From Felis catus (Eukaryota), in contig NC_058368.1 of assembly GCF_018350175.1 (NCBI RefSeq), positions 7,130,001 through 7,194,000 on the forward strand: a stretch of 64,000 bases of DNA, written 5' to 3'. Position numbers and translations under genes: made by a program. Shown piece by piece: positions 50,860 to 62,800 of this stretch (within the stretch, counting starts at the first letter, position 1; every line of letters starts with the position of its first letter). The notes under the pieces are model-generated. The model was not told where the DNA came from. It was given only the letters and a program-made list of their open reading frames with translations, and ran no database searches.

Positions 50860-51275
50860 GAGCCACTGGGTATATACTCAAAAGAATTGAAAGCAGGGTC
50901 ACGAAGAGCTCTTTGTAAGCCCGCGTGCATAGCAGCCCTATTCACAACAGCCGAGAGGTGGAAACAACCCAAGTGTCCACAGATGAACGGAGAAGCAAAC
51001 TGTGGCACATCCATTCAATGGAACGTTACTCAGACTTCGAAAGGAGTGAAGTTCTGACATGTTCTACAACATGGGTGAACCCGGAGGACATCATGCTAAG
51101 TGAACTGTTGTTGGATGGGGACAGAGTTGCAGTTTGGCAAGATGGAAAGTTCTGGATAGGGATGTTGGCCACGGTTGCACAACCACGTGAGTATACTTAA
51201 TGCCAGTGAAAACTCTACACTTAGAGATGGTGAAGATGGTCAATTTCATCTGTTTGATCACAATTTAAAAATAAT
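50860..51275 (+). mobile_element. L1MB-like 3' end with internal deletion
   Basis: 'ctgggtatatactcaaaagaattgaaagcaggg...ggaaacaacccaagtgtcca...gctaagtgaa|ctgttg...gatggaaagttctgga'. Confidence 0.88.
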
Positions 51276-51284
51276 TATATTTTA

Positions 51285-51691
51285 GGGGCACCTGGGGGGC
51301 TCAGTCGATGAAGCGTCTGTCTCTTGATATCGGCTCAGGTCATGATCTCGTGGTAGTGGCACTGAGCCCCAGGTCAGGCTCTGTGCTGAGTGTGGAAACT
51401 GCTTGGGATGCTCTCTATCCCCCTCTCTCTACCTCTCCCTCTCAAAATAAATAAATAAACATCTGGGGTGTCTGGATGGCTCAGTTTGTTAAGTGTCTGA
51501 CTTCGGCTCAGGTGAGGATCTCACCGTTTGCGGGTTCGAACCCTGCGTCGGGCTCTGTGCTGACAGCTCAGAGCCTGGAGCCTGCTTTGGATCCTGTGTT
51601 TCCCTTTCTCTCTGCCCCTCCCCTGCTTGTGCTCTGTATGTTTCTCTCTCTCAAAAATAAACATTAAAAACTTTAAAAAAATAAACATTAA
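51285..51691 (+). mobile_element. Two head-to-tail Can-SINEs (51285-51462; 51465-51678 in its tail)
   Basis: Outer TSD aaaaataatta(t/c)atttt at 51267 and 51692; inner aaataaacat. Confidence 0.93.
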
Positions 51692-51891
51692 AAAAATAAT
51701 TACATTTTCAAAACATTCAAGATGGAGTTGGCATTCTGGAAACACCCTTAGCAGGTGGGAATTATCGGTGCAAATGAAACAGACACTACGTGCCCAAAAC
51801 CACTAGGGTTCAAAGGCACTGAGAAATGTTGAATTGTACGTGTTTTATATCTCCTGGCATGCAGTAAAGGGAATCGTATTTGCTCCTTTCT

Positions 51892-52115
51892 TTTTTTAAA
51901 ATCTTTTAAAAATGTTTATTTAGTCTTGAGAGAGAGAGAGACAGAATGTGAGCCGGGGAAAGGCAGAGAGAGAGAGGGAGACACAGAATCCGAAGCAGGC
52001 TCCAGGCTCCGAGCTGTCAGCACAGAGCCCCCCGTGGGGCTCGAACTCAGGAACTGTGACGTCATGACCTGAGCTGAAGTGAGACGCTCAACCGACTGAG
52101 CCACCCAGGCGCCCC
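51892..52115 (-). mobile_element. Can-SINE (SINEC_Fc type)
   Basis: TSD atttgctcctttct at 51878 and 52118. Confidence 0.95.
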
Positions 52116-52289
52116 TGATTTGCTCCTTTCTCCAGTTAGCATGTTGGTGGGAGAATGAGTCCTTCCACAATCCCCATGGGTGGTTGTGGGGGTAGGAATT
52201 GCACAGCTGCAAATGCAGAATAATCTTGCAGATCTAGCAAAATCGACAGGGAGGGTCTGGTGAGGCTTGGTGCTAATTCTGTAATCATT

Positions 52290-52378
52290 ATTTTATTTAA
52301 TACTCGTAGCAACCCATGAGGTAAGAATTATTCCAATTTTCCCAGCAGGAAAACTGAGGCTTAGGGAGGTTCAGAGAA
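52290..52378 (-). mobile_element. MIR fragment
   Basis: 'gcaacccatgaggtaag...ggaaaactgaggcttagggaggtt'. Confidence 0.7.
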
Positions 52379-52865
52379 GAGAGAAGAAGCAGGAGATGTT
52401 GCCGTTCCTGCAAATAAGCTTCTTCACTCCCTAGGGGAGCCGGGGTTGTTATTTCTGGGTGAATTTTTGTATTTTTCCAATCAAAGAGGAGAGAATGGGT
52501 TCTTGCCTCCCAGGTTCGGGTGGACAGGTGCCACTGAAGAGGCCGGGTAGACTTGGCGTGGGTCACATGTTTTCTCATGAAGCAACCACGAAGGTCGGTG
52601 GAGGTAAGGCAAGATTTGAGCTCCTTAAATCAAACACACACCTTGTCTTGTTCCTGATTTTAAGGGACATGTGTCTTTTCTGCCACCATTAAAAATCATG
52701 AGTGACAAAAGAAAAAAAAACCAGATCAATTGAACTTCATCACGGTGAAAATCTTGTGCTTTACTATAAAAAAAATTAAGAAGGCAACCCATAGAAGAGA
52801 GGACAGATAGTTGCAAATCATACATCTGATAAGGGACTTTTTTCCAGAATATATAAAGAACTCTC

Positions 52866-53090
52866 GGGGCGCCTGGGTGGCGCAGTCGGTTAAGCGTCCG
52901 ACTTCAGCCAGGTCACGATCTCGCGGTCCGGGAGTTCGAGCCCCGCGTCAGGCTCTGGGCTGATGGCTCAGAGCCTGGAGCCTGTTTCCCATTCTGTGTC
53001 TCCCTCTCTCTCTGCCCCTCCACCGTTCATGCTCTGTCTCTCTCTGTCCCCCCAAAAATAAATAAACGTTGAAAAAAAAATTAAAAAAAA
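52866..53090 (+). mobile_element. Young Can-SINE (SINEC_Fc)
   Basis: Perfect TSD aaagaactctc. Confidence 0.97.
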
Positions 53091-53216
53091 AAAGAACTCT
53101 CACAACTCAACAATGAAAAGACACACAACCCGATTTAAAAACGGGCAAAGGATTTGAATACACGTTTGTCTGAAAAAGGTATACAAATGGACAATAAACA
53201 CATAAAAAGGTGTTAA

Positions 53217-53660
53217 GCACCTGGGTATAGCTCACTCTGTTGAGTCGGTTGACTCTTTTTTTCCCCTAATTTTTAAAAATGTTTATTTATTTTTGAGAAA
53301 GAAAGAGAGACATGGAGTGTGAGTGGGGGAGGGGCAGAGAGAGGGAGACACAGAATCCAAAGCAGGTTCCAGGCTCTGAGCTGTCAGCACAGAGCCCAAG
53401 GCGGGGTTAGAACTTACCAACGGTGAGATCATGACCTGAGTCAAAGTCGGACACTCAGCCAGACTGAGCCACCTAGGTACCCTGAGTCGGTTGACTCTTG
53501 ATTTTGGCTCAGGTGATGATCTCACGGTTGGTGGGTTCAAACCCTGCACTGGGCTCCGTGTTGATATCTCGGAGCCTGCTTGGGATTCTCTCTCCTGCTC
53601 TCTCTGCCCCTCCCCTGCTTGTGCTTTCTTTCTCTCTCTCTCAAAATAAATAAATAAATA
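53217..53660 (+). mobile_element. Older Can-SINE split by a nested antisense SINE
   Basis: Head at 53217-53257 resumes at 53483. Confidence 0.9.
53258..53482 (-). mobile_element. Nested Can-SINE
   Basis: Perfect 17-bp TSD tgagtcggttgactctt (53241-53257, 53483-53499). Confidence 0.95.
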
Positions 53661-53793
53661 ATATATATATATATATGTTTATATACATATATTATATATT
53701 ATAAGTTTATGTATATATAGTTTATATATAAGCTATATATATAACCTTATATATATATAAAACTTTATATATATATAAACATTATATATATAT
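53659..53793. repeat. Imperfect (TA)n tract
   Basis: About 135 bp dominated by TA dinucleotides, following a SINE tail. Confidence 0.92.
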
Positions 53794-54336
53794 AGAGAGA
53801 GAAAAACAGTTTGACAGTTTGTCTAAAAGTTAAACACGGAATTGCCATATGACCCAGCAATTATACTCCTGAGTATTCATCCAGAAGAATTGAACGCACA
53901 TATTTATACAAAAATTTGTACATGAAGGTTCATAGCATTCTTCATAACAGCCAAAGTGGAAACCATCTAATGGCCATCAACTGATGACCAGATAAAGTAC
54001 AGGATATCCCTACAGTGGAATGTTATTCAGCTATAAAAAAGAATGATGTACTGATACGTGCTAAATGTAGATGAACCTTGAAAATGTAATGTTAAGTGCA
54101 AGGATCCAGTCATAAGAGACTGCATGTTGCGTGATTCCAGTTATACGAAGTGTCCAGGATAGGCACATCCTTAGAGATAGAAAGTAAACTAGTTGTCTGG
54201 GGAAGGAGAATTAGGGATTGATTGTTCATCAATCAAAGGGGCTCTCTTTGAGGTGATGAAAATGTTCTGGATTTAGTGGTGATGGTTGCACAACTTTGTG
54301 AACGCACTAAATGGTACACTTTAAAAGGACAACTTA

Positions 54337-54550
54337 GGGGCGCCTGGGTGGCGCAGTCGGTTGAGTGTCCGACTTCAGCCAGGTCACGATCTCGCGGTCC
54401 GGGAGTTCGAGCCCCGCGTTGGGCTCTGGGCTGATGGCTCGGAGCCTGGAGCCTGTTTCCGATTCTGTGTCTCCCTCTCTCTCTGCCCCTCCCCCGTTCA
54501 TGCTCTGTCTCTCTCTGTCCCAAAAATAAATAAAAACGTTGAAAAAAAAA
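54337..54550 (+). mobile_element. Young Can-SINE (SINEC_Fc)
   Basis: Perfect TSD tttaaaaggacaactt (54320, 54551). Confidence 0.97.
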
Positions 54551-54619
54551 TTTAAAAGGACAACTTCTATGATTTGTGAATTTTCTCAATGTAAAGAATT
54601 TAAAAAAACCCAACGGGAC

Positions 54620-55320
54620 GTCTATGCAATAGCAATAAACTTAGAAAATGTAATATAAACATATATTATTTATGATAACAGCAAAAGCATCAAATGGGTA
54701 GGTATAAATCTAACAACATCAAATTTTTTTCTTTTTAGAGAAAAAATTAAAAGCCATTGAAACACTTATTTATTACAAAAAAGGAAGACTTAAAGCATAT
54801 TTTACAAGACCAAAATCAATGTAGAGACCATGAAGTTCACGGATAGAAGATACTGACACTGTAAATGTAATATTGTGAAGACATCAGTTCTCTCTGAGTA
54901 ATTTCAGTGCAATTCCAATCCAAATCCCAACAGGCTTATTTAAGGAAGAAGGATTATCCAAGGAATTTAGCAAGCTGAAGCTACAATTTTATGTAAGGGT
55001 AAAGAACCAGGAATAGACAAGGAATTCTTAAAGAACAAAAAAGCGGAGGGACTTTGATATTAAATATAAAGTCTCGTTATGCAGCTATTATCATAGGAGG
55101 GAAAATGAAACTGGGTCTCCGTCTGACATGATGCACAAAGACGAGTTCTGACAGAAGAAAGACTAATGTGAAAAGCAAAACCTAAATATAGAAGAAAGTC
55201 ATCATGATGTAGACACAAGGAAGAACTTCTTAAGCAAGTTCCCCAAAGTACTAATTATAAATGAAAAATGCAACTACATTACAATTAAGGATTCTATTCA
55301 TCAAAAGACAAGATAAAGGG
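54620..55320 (+). mobile_element. Ancient L1M ORF2 remnant
   Basis: A-rich 'taggtataaatctaacaa...gtgaagacatcagttctc...ttcagtgcaattccaatccaaatcccaacagg'. Confidence 0.65.
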
Positions 55321-55324
55321 AATT

Positions 55325-55590
55325 GAGATAACTTACATGAGATGCACAGTGGTATCCTGGATTGGCTCCTGAAACAGCAAAAAGATATTTCTGGAAAAAA
55401 CTGGTGAAATCTGAAGAAAGTCTAGAGGTTAGTTAATAGTAACGGATACCAATGTTGGTTTCTTGGTTATGACGAAGGCACCTTGGGGGTGTAAGATGTC
55501 AACACTGGGGAAAACTGAGTGATGAGTAGATGGTAATTCTCTGTACTATCTTTGCAACTCGTTTGTAAATCTATATTATTCCAAATTAAA
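55325..55590 (+). mobile_element. L1MC-like 3' end
   Basis: 'atcctggattggctcctgaaacag...aaaactggtgaaatctgaa...ctctgtactatctttgcaact'. Confidence 0.8.
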
Positions 55591-55818
55591 TGTTTATTTT
55601 GAGAGAGAGAGAGAGACCATGCATGTGTGTGTGTGTGTATGTGTGTGTGCGCGCACAAGTGGGAGAGGGGCAGAGAGAGAGGGAGAGAGAGAATCCCAAG
55701 CAGGCTCCACATTCAGTGCAGAGCCTGACACGGGGCTCGATCCCATGAACAATTAGACCAGGGACTGAGCTGAAATCAAGAGTTGGACACTTAACTGAAT
55801 AAGCCTCCCTGGTGCCCC
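55591..55818 (-). mobile_element. Older Can-SINE with internal (TG)n
   Basis: Reverse body; TG run at about 55624-55650. Confidence 0.92.
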
Positions 55819-55928
55819 CAAAGTAGAGAGTTTATTCATAAGCTGGGAATTGGTTTTTAGAATATATGTAATCAATTAAGAATTATTTTTAAAGAACAAT
55901 AAAAAGTCGATAAGAAATAGTCATATCA

Positions 55929-56152
55929 GGGCACCTGGGTAGCTCAGTTGGTCGAGCGTCCGCTTCGGCTCAGGTCATGATCTCTCAGTTTGTGAGTTTG
56001 AGCCCCGCGTCAGGCTCTGTGCTGACAGCTCGGAGCCTGGAGCCTGCTTCGGAGCCTGGTGTCTCCTTCTGTCTCTGCCCCTCCCCCACTTGTGTTCTGT
56101 CTCTCTCTGTCTATCAAAAATAAATAAATGTAAAAAAAAATTTAAAAAAAAA
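55929..56152 (+). mobile_element. Can-SINE (SINEC_Fc type)
   Basis: Full body and A tail. Confidence 0.95.
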
Positions 56153-56154
56153 GA

Positions 56155-56690
56155 AGAGTATTCACAGTAGCACGGTTCAGGGTAGACAAAAACTAGTAAT
56201 AACAGCAATGTCCATCGTGGGAGAATGGGTAAGTATATCGTGATGAGATTACCCAGTGGAATATTATACAGCAGTGAAAATGGATGACTGTTAGCAACAT
56301 GCAAAAGTAAGGATGAATCTTAAAAGAAACGTGAGTCAAAAGAAGTCTCAGAAAAGCCAACGTAGAGTGTGATACTTTATGGAGTTCAAATCAAGCAAAA
56401 CGAAGCCTCATGTTATAAAACTACAGATGAAAAAGCAAGGAGTTGATAAAGAGAAAATTTCGAAAAGTGGTTACCCCAGGGTTGAGGATGAGGCACGGGG
56501 GTGCATTCATGGAGGGACCTTCTTGTTCTTGTGACCTTGGTGACCTTCTTGGTGACCTTGGTGACCTTCTCGTTCTCAGGCCAGGTGGTGGGTTCATGGT
56601 GTTCATTGTATTATGATGCCTCAATCTTATAGGTATTATTTTGTTTCTATTACATATTCTAGAATCGTTAAAAACCGAAAGATAGGTTAA
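56155..56690 (+). mobile_element. L1ME-like 3' end
   Basis: 'agtggaatattatacagcagtgaaaatgga...ggatgaatctta...gtggttacccc...ggtggtgggttcatggtgttcatt'. Confidence 0.7.
56531..56570. repeat. Higher-order repeat (GTGACCTTGGTGACCTTCT)x2
   Basis: TGACCTT at 56532, 56541, 56553 and 56562. Confidence 0.9.
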
Positions 56691-56740
56691 AAAACAAGTC
56701 ACAGGCAGAGTAAGCATGTTTCCAAAATTTATGAGAGCAT

Positions 56741-56947
56741 TTAAAAACATTTTTTTAATGTTTATTTAGTTTTGAGAGACGGGGGCGGGGGGAAGGGGCA
56801 GAGAGAGAGGGAGACACAGAATCCAAAGCAGTTCCCAGACCCTGAGCTGTCGGCACAGAGCCCGATGTGGGACTCGAGCCCGCAAACCGTGAGATGGTGA
56901 CCCGAGCCCAAGTCCGACGCTCAACCGACTGAGCCACCCAGGCGTCC
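56741..56947 (-). mobile_element. Can-SINE (SINEC_Fc type)
   Basis: TSD tgagagcat at 56732 and 56948. Confidence 0.95.
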
Positions 56948-58375
56948 TGAGAGCATGTTCTTTTTCTAAAGCTCTAGTCTTGCTGGAGGAAAATGGAATC
57001 TCTGAAGGTGTTTAAGAGACAGTGGGAGCATCCACATGCCTTCTCAGCTGGAATTTACGCCAAAACTGGAGCAAAGGCTGCTGGCCTCAGCTTGTCCAGA
57101 GGGCATGGGGGGTGAATTACACGTGTGATGCTGCTCAGGTCCCCAGCAGACCTCCACTAAGCGTCCACAGGGCGGGGACCCCACCCCGCCCACGAGGAGC
57201 TCACAGCAAGTGGGGGGGCCTTGCTGCGCTGAGAAGGGGTCCGAGAGGGCCCAAAATGATCTGCTGGGAACACAAGCAGAGCGTGTCGTGCCCTGCGCTT
57301 ACTTGCTCCAAGGGCTGCCCCTGAGCCCTGGGGGTGAAGCTCCACCTGGTTTCGGGCAGGAGCCTCCCTCCTCTGGTCCCAGCCCTTCGCAGCCGCAGGT
57401 GGCCGCACGGTTCTCCCGGCCACTCTCTTACCGAGGTCCTTGCCTTCTGGAACATACCTGAGCTCTTCTTCCCCGGGGCTTTTCCGCACTCTCTCTGGAC
57501 CGTCTCCAGCCGTTTGCTCTCACCCACCGAGGCCCACGGACCCACGCAGTCTCCTCAAAGAAGCGTCCTGCGGACGCTGGGCTCCAGTAACCCCTGGCTG
57601 CAGGCGTCTGTGGAGCCCCGTACCCCCTCAGCTCCGGGGTGACGGCATCAGTCTCGTTCACCCCGGGAACGGCAGCCGCGCCCCTCGAGGTTTGCCGGAT
57701 TGGCCGCGTGTATCATAAGCGTCCCGTGCAGATCACAGAGGAGGAAGCGACCATTTGGGCGTGGAGGGAGGAGATAGAAGGCGTTTGGGATCCAGGGTCA
57801 TGTCCGTGCCTTGCATCAGCTCCCAGTTCCTGGGCTTTGGCTGCACCGCCGGGTGTCCCCAGTGGGCGGGCTGAGTCTCCCTCGGGTGCTGGGCAGCCAC
57901 GGGCTCAGTTCTCCAGCTCCCTGTCTGTGACGCTGGGACGGGGGAGCCGTCGTGGGCTCCGTGCTTCCCTGGTTCCGGCACAAGGTCACCCCACCCAAGG
58001 CGGTCTTCCGGTCTGGAAGAGACTCTGCGTCAGCCTGGGAGGGCTACCGGCTGGCCACCTTGTGCCCAAATTGCAGGGCACCGTCAACCCCACCCCAGGG
58101 CTGGAGTTTCTCCTTTTAGCCCAGTCAGGCCTGGCCTGTTCACAGTGGCGAGTCCCCGGCTGCAAAACCCATCTGGTGCAGAGATCTCCGTGCTCAGGAA
58201 GAAAAGGGACACGGGTGCGTGGGAAGTCCGCAAGCTCCGTAGCTCAGCACCTGCAAATATGAGAGAAAGACCAGTCGAGGCAATGCCTTTGGGCGTGGTC
58301 TTTTTGAAATTCATCAAGGGGCACATTCATGGCCTGTGCATTTTTACTGTACGTACGTTACGTTTACATTTTTTG

Positions 58376-58570
58376 AAGTTTATTTTGTGTGTGAGAGAGA
58401 GGGCGTGAGCAGGGGAGGGGCACAGAGAGAGGGAGAGAGAGAATCCCAAGCAGGCTCCTCAGGGTCAGCACGCAGCCCGACGTGGGGCTTGAACCCAGGA
58501 ACCGTGAGATCACCACCTGAGCCGAAACCAAGAGCCGGACGCTTGACTGACCGAGCCACCCAGGTGCCCC
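58376..58570 (-). mobile_element. Older Can-SINE
   Basis: TSD gtttacattttttg at 58362 and 58577. Confidence 0.93.
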
Positions 58571-59167
58571 GGTCATGTTTACATTTTTTGGATGTTAGGA
58601 AAACGTCATGGGCAATTGTCAATCCCCTTTCTAATTTAAAACACGTTTAAGAAGTTGGATCCGGGGACGGTCTGGCTGAAGGTCCTAGACTTCGCTGTTG
58701 CTGAGGGCTGATGGGCTCCCGTGGTTGAGCCACCGGCTGGCACCTTCCTTGCTCACGGCCGGGAGACATTCTCCCTCCGGGGAGGGGCCCACTCCCCGGT
58801 CAATGGCAAAAGCAAAGACGCTTGACCTTTTTCTGTCAACCCCAGGCCAAGGAACGAAGTGTGAAGAGGGTCCCAAAGCCCTTCCGTGCGTGTCCTTGTC
58901 CAGCATCGAGTCTTTCAAGCTTTGGAGAACGTTCGTTGTTGGGTAAAACGAGTAAGGGGGTTCGTGCATGTGGACCGCCCGTCCATCCACGCGCATTCTC
59001 TCAGAGGCCCCTCCGGTCCTTGGGACTGTTTTGTAGCGCCCAACTGAGCTGAATCACCGTGCTTACACTGCTTTAAAATCGGAGGATGAGCGAGTGCCAG
59101 AGCCGCGTGGCTTCCCGGAGAACATTCTGCCGGAGAAACCATCATGGACGTTCGTCTGAATCTCAAG

Positions 59168-59351
59168 CAGCGCTGAGTTGGAGCCGGGTCCTACCAGCCC
59201 CCAACAGCCACCGCTGCGTTCAGTGACACCACGCTGATGGCCTGAAAGTGGCCGCGATGGGAGTATTCAGACCAGGGGGCAGCGGGAGACGCTCCCCATC
59301 AGGACTTCCCCTCGGCTCCCCCACCGGACGCAGTTTAGCGGCACAGCACTG
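59168..59351 (-). mobile_element. MER63A-like hAT MITE
   Basis: Ends cagcgctgagttggagccgg / gcacagcactg; internal 'gcgttcagtgac...tgggagtatt...atcagg'. Confidence 0.65.
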
Positions 59352-59852
59352 ACAAGTCGAGTTCGATGCGTGAGTCAGAAATCAGTGAGCCTTGGTGGGT
59401 TGCCACTGGCTTGCTTTTAAAGCAAGTTGTGGCTCCGGAAGCTGTCGCACGGAGGCGTCCTCACGGGGCGTTCGGAAGGCGGTGTTCTCCGGGCGTCTGT
59501 TTCAGCGAAGTAACAGAAGACACGCTGGCCCAGAACTGGAGGACAGTTTGCAGGCTGTCACGAGAGAGTCTTTGCTCAGTCACGTTGGCACAGTCTGCCG
59601 GCCACCCAGAGCCCCATTGCTATGGGGAGACAGCCAGGCAGACTCCCCAAGACGACCCGGCATCCCCAGAGTGCTTGTGGGTGTCACTCGCCGACCTCCG
59701 TCAGGGGCAAACAGCAGGTGACCTTCTACCAGGAGGAAATCCCATCATGCCTTTGGCCACAAAGCTTTCCACAATCCTTGTTTGGCTCGTGGGATTCCAA
59801 CACCGGACCTTGAAGCAGGTGCCTACCGGGCAAGGGCAAGGAAACAGGCTGA

Positions 59853-59893
59853 GTGTAGAAAATGGCTGCCACGGTGTAGAAAATGGCTGCCAC
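59853..59893. repeat. Perfect 21-bp-period duplication
   Basis: gtgtagaaaatggctgccac at 59853 and 59874. Confidence 0.92.
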
Positions 59894-62800
59894 AGGTCAC
59901 ATCTGGCTCCAGATTCCTGTTTTTCCAGCTCCACACCATGCCCAGCCCGTCTGGGGCTCTGCTCATGTTCCCCCCTGAGCAGCAGCAATGCTTACAACGT
60001 GGGACCAACCGCAGGTAACCAGCCCTGTGGCAAGGAGACAGCGATGGTCATGACCGAAATGGTGGCTGTTCCTCTGAACCGCCAACAAGGCTCCCCACCC
60101 TGCAGGAGCCGGAATCAGGCTGCAGGAGAAGCCTCTTCACTAAAGAGGGAAGCACGCTTGATTTCCTTTCCTTTTTTTAAAATCATTAACTTCGATCTAT
60201 CGCTTTCCCCTATGCCTTGCCACCTCATTTCTTGTCTGTCAGCCTGCGTGGTGGGCACAGTGAGAAGGCGGGGACAGCACTGGATTGGGGTTGGGCGATG
60301 GTCCTGGCTCTGCCCAAGTCTGGAAAGTCTTCACCTGCCACTTCCGGGACTCGGACACGTCCGTGATCCACAACTCCCCACCCTCTCCTATCCTCTGCCC
60401 AGTGTCCCTCGCTGGGGAGCAGACCATGTGGCTCAACGCCCTGTCGCTATTAGCCAAGTTCCATTAATAAAGGCAACTCCGGCCCAGAAAGTGCAGAGGG
60501 ACCCCACCGTAGGGACTGTCAGCACAGCAATGTGCTCTGTAGAATACGGCTATTCTCTATAGCCCCATTCTATTCCATTCCAGGGACGGTCCCTACAACG
60601 GTCCCCGGAATTGTGCTTTGAGCCGATTGTCAGAAGTACCCTACAACAGCTGCCTCGGTTCTCTGCATGCTTTTCTCAGTCAGACCTACCCTCCTTCTAG
60701 AAAGAAAGGGGGCAGGAGGAAAAGCCTTTACCCTTGTTGATATGACCTCCAACACCAATGGCGCTCCAACACTCTTTCCTCAAACATCCGCCACCAGAGA
60801 CTTCGCTGCAAGCCCTGGTGCTACCCCAAGGAGCATGGAGGACTTGACGGAGAGACTTGGTCCCTGAAAACACCTCTCGGTCCCAGTGGCACCAGCCAGC
60901 ATCTCAGAGTTGGAAGGGTCCTCAGATGTCACCTCATCCAGCTTCTCTCCCAGCGCAGGACCCCTCCCTACATCCCCCTGGTCTGCAGACGAAACTTTCC
61001 CGAGATCCAGTTACATGCTGAAGCGCGTGGAATTGTAAGGAACTCCCCCTCCCTCGCCCTGAGTCCCACCTCCCTGTGATTCCAGCACCAGTTCGGCCCC
61101 CCCATGTCTGCTCGCTTCCAGACAGGCAGTCTTGCAAATTTAGGAAGACAGCAGGTGTGCGCCCTGGGTTATTTGCGGGTGAACATCTCCAGTTTCCTCA
61201 ATCATACGTCAGATGACACGGTTTTCAGAGCGGCCTTCTGGACACAGTCCAGATCCCACAAGGACTGGACGCCGTGTGCCTAGGACAAAGGACCACGGGG
61301 CCACTCCTTCCCTTTCTGTAGACGCGGCTCCAACGGGCTTACTACAGCTGGAAACTGCACCAGAAGCAAGTGACCTGTTAATTCATACGGGATTTGTGGC
61401 TGCCTAGAATTTCCAACCTCACCCCCATCTTGACGCAGTTCATTACTTGAAGTGAAATGAAGCATTTTACCTCTTAAAAGCTTATCCGTTCCCTATCAGC
61501 GCATCGGGATCTTTTTCTTGTCCTGATATTTGGTCATCTAACCTATAAGCCACCCCCCCCCTCCAGATTTGTGCCGTTTTGGGGTAAAAAGTCACGTAGG
61601 CTTCCCCCAAAGATAGAACTCTGACTTGCGACATGACAGTCCCTTCTCCCTTGACGCTGAAGAGGTGAAAATTGGTTAATAACATTTTCCAACCGCGTCT
61701 TAACAGCTCTGAGCGTAACAGCATGAATTCCACATCTCAGAAATCTTTTTTTTTTTCTTTTAAATCACTTTTGCCATGGAGACTGTGCTGGCAGACCATT
61801 TCACCCTTAGTTCGGAGGGGCCGGGGAGTTCTTGCTAAGGTGTTTGTACTGGGCCGAACGCCCACTGTGTGTGCAATGTCCGTAACTGCCTCTGACTTTT
61901 CCAGAATCTTCTGCTAGGTTCTAGGTGTAATGTTTCTATGTGGTTCATCCTCTTCCTACTGTTTCGTGGGTGAGTGACACAAGGAGTGATGGGAGTGTGA
62001 ACACACGCAGCATGCAACGTCACAAGGAGACACAACTGTGCCTTCCACAGTTGAATTTCTGAGTGAGGAGAGGCGGAGAGGGGTCTTCGCCCCTTGTGCG
62101 TCTTTCTTAGCAATTGTTTACGTTCTTTTCGTTCTTATCCCTCTTAGTTTTCTTGTAACCACCAGCGCCCTGACTCGTCTAATTGTGAACTTTCTCCCTA
62201 GGCCTACATCTTATGAAGATGAGATCTGTGCCCCCCACCCCTGCCCTCCACCGAAGCAGGTAGGTTTGGATTTGGTGGGAAGGAGTCAAAATCGAGCGTC
62301 CGGAGCCGAAGCATCCCTAAAGTCCCTTCTCAGCGACGGGACCAGGCATGGAGGTAGGAACAGAGGTGGACGGAGGGAGGGTGCAGACGCCGGCATCCTG
62401 AGCCTATATCTCCACTGCAGGTGTCTCGAATGGGGAGGGACTGCCTGGCCGGAGGAGGTACACCAGGCAAGTTACTTTACTTAATTCTACATCTACAAAA
62501 CGGGAACGAGAATACTCACTTTGCAGGGTTTGGTTTGCTCTGGGTCGGTCGGCCAGACTCCACTTCTCTCTTCTTTTCCAGCTCAGTGTCCGTGGAGGAC
62601 GCTCAACTTGGCTGAACACGTTTCTTGGTTGTCAAACAAGGGGACCCATCTTGGTGCAAGGTCTCTGGCGGGGCTAACGACCACGTGCTAGATTATTTAC
62701 CTGAGTCCGGCTTTCAGGGGAGTAACACGCGGACTGAGGTGCGGTTAATCATTCGCTAAATAGCTTAGTTTTTATTTCAGAGAAACACCCACTGCTCAGG

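Larger units (their letters stand above)
52690..54605 (+). mobile_element. L1M (L1MB/MC-like) ORF2 end and 3'UTR, interrupted by four SINEs and (TA)n
   Basis: 'ttgcaaatcatacatctgataaggg...gggcaaaggatttgaata...ccatatgacccagcaatt...ggtgatgaaaatgttctgga'. Confidence 0.9.

Noticed and set aside
59366..60562. Longest ORF (398 aa)
   Set aside because: No recognisable domain, composition typical of GC-rich non-coding DNA, and its VENGCH repeat is just the 21-bp duplication. A conserved frame or PhyloCSF signal would overturn this.
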